64,000 nt of DNA from Octopus sinensis (Eukaryota), in assembly GCF_006345805.1 (NCBI RefSeq), contig NC_043011.1:51906464-51970463 (forward strand), written 5' to 3'. The notes under the pieces were generated by a model that was not told where the DNA came from, searched no databases, and saw only the letters and a program-made list of their open reading frames with translations. Within the stretch, counting starts at the first letter, position 1. Each line of letters starts with the position of its first letter. Shown piece after piece: positions 1 through 11,354 of this stretch. The translations under genes were made by a program, and so were the position numbers.

Positions 1-1796
1 TGTCTCGTGTGTGTGTGTGGTGTGTGTATGTGTATTTGTCTGTGGTGTATGTGTGTGTACTGTGTTAACATATCTATAGTATGTAGCTATATATTTCTAT
101 ATGTATGTACTGTGAGAGAGAGGGAGAGAGAGTGTGTGTTTCTACTGTTAGTATATGTATGTGTGTGTACCATTTTTATATAGTATGTTTTTATTGTATA
201 TACTGTGTGTGTATATCTATACATACGTGTCTGTGTGTGTGTATGTACCATGAATTATATGGTTTTTGGCTGTGAATATATGAATGTGTGTGTGTACCAT
301 TGTTGTACCCTGTTTATAGTATCTACTGTGTGTACTGTGTCTGTGTATGTATATGTATGTATCCTGTGCATGTCTATGTGTTAGTGCGCATCTACTTTTA
401 GCATCTGTGTGTACCACTTTTGTATTATATATGTATATTGTATTTACTTTGTTTATCTGTATGTGTGCATGTATGTATATGTCTGTTGTGTAGCTGTATG
501 TATCAGTGAGTCCGTGTGGATTTGTCTTTATCTCTATTTTATGTTTGTGAATTATGTGTATTTCTGTATGACTGCGTATAACTCTGTCTGTATATGTGTG
601 TGACTGTCTATCTGTATATGTGTGTGATTATATATCATATCTTTTTGTGTATAACATGTATGTGTATGGGTCTACATTTGTGTATCATGTATATGTGTGT
701 GACTATCTATATTATTTTTGTGATTGTCACTGACTTTACACCTGCATATCATGTGGGTGTGTGTGACTCTTGCATGTGTATGATATCAGCCAGCATGTAT
801 TGTATGTGACTGTGTATCATATCTGTTTTTGTGTGTGACTATATATCTATGCATTTTATCTGTATGTATTTTATATGTCTGTAGGTGGGTTTTTGTAGGT
901 GTACAATCAATGTGTTATTGTTGAACACCAGGCCAGGCCTAACACAAGAGACCTATGATTATTGATCACAAGCATAGATGTGTGGTTAAGAAGTTCACTT
1001 GAAAGTCATATGGTTCCAGGTTCAATCCTATTGCCCAATACCTGCATCATACACTAGGGATAACCAATGCCTGGTGAGTGAAATTTGGTAAACAAAAACA
1101 ATGTAGTAGCTCATTTTATATCTGCATGTATGTATATAGATATCAACATTGACAAGAAAACTGACAAATTGGTGCATTTGAACAAAAATACCTAGTGATA
1201 TTTACTTCTTCCAAGTTACACAGATACTCCCTTGAAACACTCACCTTTGGAAATGCATTAGAGAATAGCCAATGAAAATGAATCATCATCATTTAACGTC
1301 CGCTTTCCATGCTGGTATGGGTTAGACTGGAACTGGTAAGCCAGAGGGCTGAACTAGGTTCAGTGTGGTTAAGAAATTTGGTCTACATTCTTATGGTTTT
1401 TGGTTCAGGCCCTCTGTGTTGCACCTTGATCAAGTTTCTTTTACCCTAATCCTGGGTCGACCAAAGCCTTGTGAGTAGACAGAAACTGAAAACTCACCAT
1501 GTAAATAAGTGTGTGTTCACAATCTTTCTCCTTTTTTCTCCATCTGGGGTAGCCATGTCTTACTTCTAATGCACTTTTCTATCCCTCAGTACTACACCAT
1601 CCCCACTCCTATTTAAGGGGTCTTGTCCTGCAAGTTACTTGGTGACCTCACTGCTACTGGTGCCATGTAAAAAGCACCCACTACACTCTGTGAAGTGGTT
1701 GGCATTAGGAAGGGGATCCAGCTGTCAGAACTTGGTGTAGTCTTCTGAGTTGCCAGTTCCTTACAAAAACATACCAGTATGGAAAGTGGACGCTAA

Positions 1797-1834
<38 letters not shown>

Positions 1835-1853
1835 ATACATATATATATATGTG

Positions 1854-1885
<32 letters not shown>

Positions 1886-2437
1886 ATCACCCGACAAGAT
1901 ACATCTGCACCAACGGATGCTCCTGAACCAGTTGTTGAGTGTTCCACCCAAGAGGAATCGATGCTAGATGTGTTGAAAGAATTGTGATTAATGATAAATT
2001 CTCGTATATTCCATCTTCTCTCTTTCATTTGATATATTATATATATATATATGTGCATGCAGGTGTAGGGTTGTGCTTCCTCATATCACGTAATTATAAA
2101 TGAGTCTCACTGTCCTAGAAGTTGTATCATTCCTTTCCAATCTGATCACGGGAAAATAACACATTGTTTCGATACAACCGAGGCTTAGTGACAGGAAGGG
2201 TTTCATGGGAAGGCTGTGTTTTCATGGAGCTTTACCTTCTATTTGTAGTAGGTTGAGCAACTTCGATGGGGCTCCATTGCTAGCTTGTGTGTTTGTTTGT
2301 AGTGCCAGCATGGATGTGTATATGTGTATGTAGTGTTTTGCATATGTGTGTAGAGTCCATATTTGCATATATATATATGTTTGTTGTTTACTTATGTGTA
2401 TAGTGCCTACACACGTGTGTATTTGTAGTTCTTGCAC

Positions 2438-2468
<31 letters not shown>

Positions 2469-2589
2469 CATTATATTATATATTTAAAGAGAATAATTAA
2501 AAAATTTTCCCTTATGAGGTTTTTTCACGCTGACTACTTGATAAATTCTTACAAAGATTTTATCCTATTTTAAAATTTATATTATATAG

Positions 2590-3081
2590 TACTGGATCAC
2601 TTATCCAGTTTCCAGACATCCCAGAATATTGTGCAGTATCATACAATATACCACACCCTATATTGAGTAAACAAACTCTGTTTTTGAAGTTGGTTAATTT
2701 GCATACGGTGTATTAAAGATAGTTTTGTTCTTTAAGTGGATTGATAAAGATTAATTATACTCTGCTTTAGAAGAGTATTAATTTGCCCCTCTATCTGTTA
2801 AATAAAACGATGCTCTTTACTTTTCCTCGTTTTATGTTTATCCTATAAATATTATACTGTATACATGATACAATATGATATATTTTAAGTGGATTAATAA
2901 ATATCAAATAGACCCGACTTTAGAAGTGTATTAATTTGAATTTGTTAAATGCAATTTAGCTCTTTACTTTTTGTAGTTTATTTTATATTTCAAGTATATA
3001 TTTAGACTGTCTCCAGAAAACAGAAAATTCAGAAATCTGGGACACTTCTGATCCCAAGCTTACTAGATAATTGGTCCAGTA
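2590..3081. mobile_element. Tigger/pogo-like MITE, decayed
   Basis: Imperfect TIRs TACTGGATCACTTATC / GATAATTGGTCCAGTA (14/16 match). Subterminal ACACTTCTGATCCCAAGC resembles Tigger-type ends. Internal ~90-bp duplication. Confidence 0.55.
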
Positions 3082-3972
3082 TTGTATGTGTGTGCGTGAT
3101 TTTATATATACACACACACACACATATAGTGTCTACATCACATGTGTGTTTGTAGTGTCTGAAGATGTGTGTAATATTTACATGTGTATGTATGTTTATG
3201 TAGTAATTCTATGTGTTGTGTATAAACATATTATATCCTTATTACTTATGATGCAATCTCTGCTCCACCTTCCGTGTTATTACTAGTGTTGTACATTGCT
3301 CTTCATCAGAAAACTTCACTCATGTCAACACACGATCCAACAAGCTATGAACTGATGGTACCATGGGGCAGTACACCACCCTTGGTTGTAAATAACTATC
3401 AGGTGTTGTTCACTTAGCTATAGGAAGTTACTTTGGGGTGATGTTGTTTATCTAACTGTGAACAGATACTGCATGGAGACATCATTCATTAGTACTGTTA
3501 TGAAAATAGGTACCACAGAGAGTTACAGATTATGTGGCTACTGCTGGGCAGTAGAATTCATTTTGCTCTCTCTTTCTCCTCCCTGTCTCTCTCTCTCTCT
3601 TTATGTGTGTATATATACATACATACATACACATACATACATATATATATACACACATATATATATACCTATATATATATACATACCTATATATATATAT
3701 ACATATATATATATGTATACATACCTATTTATATACATACATATATATATATGTATACATACCTATTTATATACATACATATATATATATGTATACATAC
3801 CTATTTATATACATATATATTTATATACATATATATATATATACATACCTATATATATATATACATACCTATATATATATACATATATATATATGTATAC
3901 GTACCTATATATATATACATATATACATATATATATATGTATACGTACCTATATATATATATATATATATAT

Positions 3973-4103
3973 ATTTATTATATAGAAGGAGCTTCTACAG
4001 GACTAGTACTGTTTCATTCAAGAGAAATCTTCAGGAGCTTCCTGAAGATTTCTCTTGAATGAAACAGTACTAGTCCTGTAGAAGCTCCTTCTATATAATA
4101 AAT
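3973..4103. repeat. Perfect inverted repeat, 64-bp arms with 3-nt spacer
   Basis: 3973-4036 is the exact reverse complement of 4040-4103; spacer GCT. Confidence 0.97.
4033..4089 (+). ncRNA. Type I hammerhead ribozyme-like motif
   Basis: Stem I AGGAGCTTC (4033-41) pairs with GAAGCTCCT (4081-89); core CTGAAGA (4042-48); stem II TTC/GAA with TCTT loop and a U-U closing mismatch; GAAA (4061-64); stem III ACAG/CTGT; GUA cleavage triplet (4078-80). Confidence 0.7.
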
Positions 4104-4168
4104 TAATTTTACTCTGCTATGTATTGAGTACCTTACTTACTGTGGTTAACCCCGGATCAACCCGGGAC

Positions 4169-4209
<41 letters not shown>

Positions 4210-7065
4210 AAGTAATATTTGTTGTACCAGAAGTACATGAACATGGGGAGGCATAATTCACTTTGCACTTTTGATCTGTGATTTATTTCACAACCTGTAG
4301 TTTCAATGGGAAGCTATCTAATTAATGTTTTGTTGACTTGAAATGCTGACCTCAATCAGTGGTAAGGTTTTGATGGGGAGATGACAGTTGTTTTGCTGTC
4401 ATCTAGAATACATTTCTTGAAAGTGAAGTAGTCACCTTATAAGTCAGTGGTATGGACAGGTGATGCTGGTGGGTGGTAACTACAGTTGAGATGGGTTTCA
4501 GTGGTATGAACATGTGATGATAGTGGTATTTGGTAGCTAGAGCTGAGGCAGGTCATTTTGGTATGGTCATGTAATGTTAGTGGATAGAAGCTTGGATAGA
4601 GGTAGGTGGTGATGACAGCATGGACATGTAATGGTAGCGAGCAGTAATTTAATTAAAGATAGGTCAAATGATATGGTTATGTGAGTGATGGTAGTGGATG
4701 ATAGCTAGAGTCGGGGTCAGTGATGGTGGTCTGGATAGATGATGGTAGTGGATGTCAGCCAAAGTAAAGGTAGATGATGGTCATCTGGAGAGTAATGGAT
4801 GGTGACTAAGGTGGAGGGTTGGTCCTGGCACTGTGGCTATGCGATGGTAGTGAATGTTAATTTCAGTAGTGGTAGGTCATCAAGACTGTCGTAGTCCACT
4901 GCTCTTAGTGCCACTGGAATCTTTACTACTAAAGTTACTACCACTGCTGTGCCTGGTCCTACTCCTGCTGCTCCTCTTAGTATTACAACCATTGCTGGCT
5001 CTTGGTGTTGCTACCACTTCTGCTCTCCGTCTTAATTCTTGCTACTCTCACTGTATCTACCACTGCTGCTGGTGTTACTACCACTGATACTAGTTTTACT
5101 ACAACTGTTCTCCTTGTATCTACTGCCGGTGTTGATGCTACTACTACTACCACTTCTGCTGCTGCTGTTTGTTACTACCACTGCTGCTGCGGCTGCTGCT
5201 GTTGTTACTACCGCTGCTGTTCTTACTGCATCTACAGCTGCTGCCCCTGTTACTGCTGCTGCTAGTGTTACTATTACTGCACCATCTTCCCCAATATTCT
5301 CCATCAACAGACACTAATACACACACACACCATTTCACACCCACACACATTATTTCACACCCACACACATTATTTCACACACACAATCAATAGGTTTTCT
5401 TTTGTTTCCTGTAAACAGCTTTTCTGATACAACTCCTTTGAGGGTTTTTCCCTCTGTCACTTCTCTCTCTCTCTCTCTCTATCTATCTCTCTCTCTCCTC
5501 TACAGCTGTCACACACAATCTCTCCACTATCATACAAATACACACACACACTCTCAGTCTCTCACACTCTCTATTATCACACCCTCTCTCCTCTATTACA
5601 CACACACACACACACTCTTTACTATCATGTACTCTCTCTCTTTCTCCCTCTCTCTTTACTATCACACTATATCTTTCTATCTCTCTACTCTCACATTATC
5701 TCTCCCACCCCACACATACACTTCCTCTCTCTGTCTGTCTCTCTCCCTCTCTCTCACACACAGACACACACTCTCTCTCTTTATTATTGTATACTCTCTC
5801 TCTCTCTCATATCTCACTGTATAGCTTTTCAATTTTCTCCTCTTTCCACTTTATTACACACACCCACACTTCCTTTCTCTTCCTCTCTCTTTTTCTCTTC
5901 CTCTCTCCTGCTCCATAGTCTCAGTCTATCTCTCTTAGCATCCATTCTCTTATTAACTAATTATCTCTTATTGATATATTAACACCGTCACATGTTCATA
6001 CTTTAATGAAAGTGTTCCTAGCTCCACAGGATGGAGGTACTGAAGTTTATGTAGGTTAGGCTGAATGAAGGGATTAGCAAGTCTGTGGTAGATCCTTATC
6101 AAAAATCACAATTTTTAAAATTATTTATTTCAAATGGGTTTGTCTGGGGAGAAAGAACAAGACATGGCCCTTTTTCCTGGGCTCCTGGGACTGGAGGGAG
6201 GAGAGGACTGTTGGAAGTTAACCTTCAGGTAGGGACCCATCCTTGCATACTTGTCGGTGGACCCTGCTAAAGACATCCAAAAGACAGAAGATGCTATTAA
6301 ACTAGACACAATGGATTACGTCTGTGGGGCCCCAAAACGAAAATGTGTGGGTGGAGGCAGAAGGTCCCTCTGGCTGTCTTCTACACACTTTTAGTCTGCT
6401 GTTTCCACTTTATGGTAGAAGACACTGGCTCAGTGTCATATAGGGATTAGACTTAAAATATACTCAATATGAAAGCCTCTGTGCGGTTGCTAGAAATAGC
6501 AGCCAAAAATCTCCCTCAAAATAGACCTTACCATCTTAAACAAGGAGGAATCTGTTGAATCATGTTCTATCTACACACAAAATGAAAGGGTGATCACGAC
6601 TGGTTTGTGATAGGTTTGTCCAGTCAAGATTAACCTGGGGCTAAACAACAGCTATAATAATCTCAGTCTAATGTTACACTTGAGGAGTGGAGTCAAGCAA
6701 TAATAGCTTAATATTCTTTAAATCACACTCTGCAGTCTTATAAAAGGAAGGACACATTGGGTGATGTAGTTGTAGATACATTGCATATACAAAACAGGAT
6801 GGACATGAGAGGAATGTCTTTGATCATTAAAATTTATGATTATAGTTGACCTGGAGTTAAACGGCAATAGTGTTGTCAACACAAGGGAACTGAATATATA
6901 TGTGCATGCTTCTACATGCTCACTCGATTTACTTGAAATAGCAGCTATATTGTATCTGATGTCTCAAAAAAATAGAAGGCCACATTGATTGATGTAGTTC
7001 TAGATGAAATATAGGTACAACATTGATTTTACAGAACCTTTGATTTCAAAGCATTTCTGTATTAC

Positions 7066-7112
7066 TGATTTTTCTGAACCAGGTGTGGGCTACACCTGGT
7101 TCAGAAAAATCA
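7066..7112. repeat. Perfect inverted repeat, 21-bp arms with 5-nt loop
   Basis: TGATTTTTCTGAACCAGGTGT gggct ACACCTGGTTCAGAAAAATCA. Confidence 0.95.
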
Positions 7113-7764
7113 CTAAATTAAACAAATATCAAATTTACTGAAATGAATAAAATACAGGTACCTGTACATTAGTACAAATGATACAAGTTTATTAATATTG
7201 TACTTTAAACTAGTCTGGCATCCACTGGAATTTGAAGATCATGCTCGTGTGTTAGTGTAAATTATAAGAGTTTCTGGATTATCAGTTTCAGGAAAGTTTG
7301 TGTTCTACCTATGATACAAGTTTGGTAAGGATGGAATCGATGTGATCATAGGTCTTAATGCTTAAAACAACTTAGGGCTAAACAAATACAAAAACATTGC
7401 TGACACTTTTTACAGCTAATCAAGGAAGCCTCTGTGCAATAACTTGATCTGCTAGAAATAATAGCCAAATCTGTCTCTCACAAATTATATTCTTGTTGTC
7501 CAAAATGTGTAAAATAATAGGATAGTCATGACTAGAATGCTTTTGATCATAACACTGTTTGATCAAGGTTAAACAATAACACCATTGCCAACATTTTTCA
7601 TAAATAATCTAACCCTTTGTCATGGCCTCTCATGACTGTGATAATATTGTAGTAGAAATGTGTCTGTTGTTCATGGTTGTTGAGTGCTGTCACATCTAGA
7701 TACATATTAGATATGTGTGTGTATGTATATATTACTTTTATTAATCAAGATCATTTCAATAATT

Positions 7765-9440
7765 AATGGAATAGTAAAAAGTTTAGAAATTTCTTCAAAA
7801 ACTTATGACTGTCTATTATGTTGAGAAATAACTGCAAGGTAGCAAATTTTCTGGATGTCCCACTGGAACGTAATACCTTCATCAATTATAAGCCCAATAA
7901 ATAACTGCAATATATGAACAGAAATTCCAACCATCCTAGAGCAGTAATTAAGTCCATTATTAGGGGTAGTTCATCTAGAATATCCAAACTTTCTGCTCAT
8001 GAAGAAATTCTCTCAAAATACAGACTATTATAATACAGCATTAGCTAGAAGCAGGTATACTGAAAAGATCTAGTATATCTGTTGACAGTGTTGTGAAAAT
8101 ACCGAAAGATATTTGGGTTGCATTCACAAGAGTATAGATTTAGTGATACATCTTATCTAGGAAATGTTAATTGTTATAATAACATGCATGAGTGTAAAAA
8201 TACTAGTAATCACAAGGTTAACCTGTACGAACTTCTCATAATAAACAGTTGAAAATTGAATAGGGAAACGATAATTCCCATAGATGGAAACAAGATGTTG
8301 TTAATGAGGCAAACTGTCAACAAAGCTCAGGAACTTCCCCATAACTGATTTTGAGTATCTTGGGAAACAGGCCTTCATCAAGTTGAAGTAGAAAGATTAC
8401 ATATGACACGTTTTACTCCATGAAATTAGGTGAGTGAACAAATCTAGAATTAACCACACCACTCTCAACAGCAATAAAACTGGTAAAAATAGATTACACA
8501 AGAAAAATTCTGCATTGTTTAAATCCCCTTTCAGAATTAATGTAGCTTTGGATATCCTTGGAATTTTCTTTCGGCTTTGGAGAAGCATTCCCCACTCTAG
8601 TAAGTATAGTAACAGTTTTAGTGGGCATAGTGTGGAATTTAATTTAATTGATAATATAACATATTAACAACAAGAAATTAAACAGAATTCATCATCATCA
8701 TCATTGTCGTCATTTAATGTCCGCTTTCCATGCTTGCATGGGTTGGATGGTTTGACTGTGGGCTGGCGAACCAGCACCAGGCTCCAGTCTTGATCTGGCA
8801 GAGTTTCTACAGCTGAATGCCCTTCCTAATGCCAACCACTCCGAGAGTGTAGTGGGTGCTTTTACATGCCACTGGCACGGGGGCCAGTCAGGTGGTACTG
8901 GCAACGACCTCGCTCAAATTTTTTTACACATGCCAATGGCACAAGTGCCAGTAAGGTGATGCTGGTAACGATCCCGCACGAATATTGCCTCCTACATGCC
9001 ACCGGCAGTAATATGAAACCAGCATTTAATTATTCATATAGTAAATACAACTGTAGGTCTTCTGTATATTTGTCTCTATTTTGTATAAATAACACTAGTA
9101 CTTTGGAGTTCCCTCCCAGCAATAACAATTATGCTAATACAATATATAATGTTTCTTCAGATAATAAACCTAACAGTATGTGAACTGTTGGAATCAATAT
9201 AAGTTGTCTTTAATTATCTAGAAAGAATTTAGTATATAAGTATTCTGTTTTAAAAAATGCCCAATACAATACGTTATTATGTAAGTGAATTTAAATTCAA
9301 ATTTAGATTGCACAATCATATACATTCCTATAATAACAAATGGAGAAATCTTAGAACTTCACTAGCTAAATTCATCTGGGATCTCAAATAGTGGAAGATA
9401 GCTGTAATTTGTATTCTATGGAAGCACCAGAAATTCTCAG
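7765..9440 (+). mobile_element. Decayed Penelope-like retroelement (RT C-terminus, linker, GIY-YIG endonuclease)
   Basis: Stop- and frameshift-broken translations in the expected order: VANFLDVP...YMNRNSNHPRAVIKSI; LFKSPFRINVALDILGIF; NLVYKYSV; SEFKFKFRLHNHIHSY...TSLAKFIWDLK. Split by a SINE at 8689-9007. Confidence 0.75.
8689..9007 (-). mobile_element. SINE-like family B with (GAT)n tail
   Basis: Shares the core GGAAGGGCATCCAGCTGTAGAAAC...CCCATGC...GGAAAGCGGACGTTAAA(TGA)n with copies near 1640, 14665, 19522, 33560, 45090 and 49390. Confidence 0.85.
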
Positions 9441-10092
9441 GTGCAAGTCTGGTCTAATTAATTAACATTATAAATTATTGATCCATGGTTCTCACCTGTT
9501 CAATTGAACATTCTTAGAAATTTCATTTAGCTTACTTACTTGATTTGAATAGAGTTAATAATAGATTTCTTATTTATTATGTTAGTCTAGCTTTATCACA
9601 GGTGATTCTGTTTAAAATGTCCTCTACATCTTACTATTTCCTGCTTAAATTATTTCTTATATAACTTATCATTTATTTCTTAACTAATGAATTTATTTAG
9701 TTTCATCTGTAAATGATCCATTAATATCTTGCTATAATTCTTGTGGTAGTCTTTATTCTAGTTCCTTGTCTTTTCAAGTCTTTATCTTGATTTTCTCTTT
9801 ATATTTCTCTTTTTCCTATTATTTAACACTTCTAAGAATATAGTAATAAACTATCTTCTTTGAACATTTCCATTTTATCCCTTTGTCTTCTTATCTCTCC
9901 ACAAGTATATAAGAATGCAATAAGTCTTTCAGTTTCCCTGGGTCCATCAGTGTTTGTTGCCTTAGCTGTTTACAATACATTTAATGAATGGAAACTAGTA
10001 AGGCACTTTTGTCTTCATAGTCCCTCTCCATGGGTGTTTCTCTGATAGTGCAACAACTTTGCTGTTTAATTTATTACTTTGATCTTCTATGC

Positions 10093-10131
<39 letters not shown>

Positions 10132-10505
10132 TATCTATTTAACTTAATTCAGTTGTGTACATACCCCTGCTGGTAGTATTTTTATGGCACATGTGAAGAG
10201 ATATTTGGCAGAACTTTTCATTTAATATTTTATGGTATTACATCATTTCTTTTTATTTATATTGCCCAGCATGTAAATTGATGTAACAATTCCACTAATT
10301 ATCAAAACGATAGCAACTGATTGATAAATGTATATCATTATCTTCAAGCACCAACCTAATAATCAATACAGTTCTCTGGGTTTACAGTTTCTAGAGAACA
10401 GTTTTATTGGATTAACGGAAAACTAATTCTAATTTTCCTTCCTATACATTTCGCATAGAGTACTGACTGAGGTACTTGCCAAGACTTCATAAATCCTTAT
10501 CCTTT

Positions 10506-10546
<41 letters not shown>

Positions 10547-11258
10547 TGCATGCATGTGCATGCACGCGCACACACTCACACACAATCATTCAGTCATTTT
10601 TTTCAGCTCAGATGGGAAGTAATTATGGCAGTTTTTTTTTTACTACTTGGTGCTCATCCTGCTGCCGATCCTTACATATTTTTCAAGTAGAAAACATTTC
10701 TTTTTTCATATTTTGGAGGAATGTTGGTAGTGCAGAGTTAACAAATGAATTGTTGTCAATAAAATGTCAACAAACATCACCAGTTGTAGCCCAGTCACAA
10801 ACAGTGATATCGACATCTATAGCTGAGCTATAAATAGTGGCATCACCATTAGCCATATTTCAGCATAGACTGTAGATACACACTCATACACACATACAGA
10901 CGCATGCACACACGAACACACATTAATGTACTGAAGCACCTATGGCAGTGAGCTGGCAGAATCATTAGCACACTGGACAAAATGCTTAGCAGCATTTTGT
11001 CCATTTTTACATTCTGGTTCAAATTCCACTGAGGTCAACTTTACCTTTCATCCTTTTGATGTAATCAACTTATTCCAACCCTCAAACTTGCTAACCATGA
11101 AACCAATATACTACAAGTTTGGCTCCGGTTACTTCATTTTATTTTTATACTTATCTACTTTCTGAAATCAATTTGAAATTTTATTCAATAACAGCATTTC
11201 TTCCTCTTAAACAGAAAATACTGAAATTAAAAAGCAAATCATTCTGCTTTCATTGCAG

Positions 11259-11354
11259 GAAGCTGAGCCTAAGTTAAAATATGAACGCTTGGTTAATGAT
11301 TTAACTAAGATTCTCAACAAAGATGCTGCAAGTTGTATGGCAGTTCACTCCAAA
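11259..11354 (+). CDS. VPS41: VPS41 coding exon (EAEPKLKYERLVNDLTKILNKDAASCMAVHSK)
   Basis: Manual translation; flanked by ttgcag acceptor and gtaagt donor; 96 nt, phase 0/0. Matches the metazoan VPS41 N-terminal motif EPKLKYERL...KDAASCM.VH.K. Confidence 0.96.

Noticed and set aside
3458-4062. 150-176-aa ORFs rich in Y/I/H/T
   Set aside because: Translations of (TA)/(TACA) microsatellite; not protein-coding.
4854-5393. Mucin-like T/A-rich and poly-L ORFs
   Set aside because: Cryptic trinucleotide repeat, open in several frames, with no splice signals or recognisable domain.
1-11258. VPS41 start/acidic N-terminal exon
   Set aside because: No ATG-initiated acidic exon with a donor site was recognisable; it is probably upstream of the window or too short to see.
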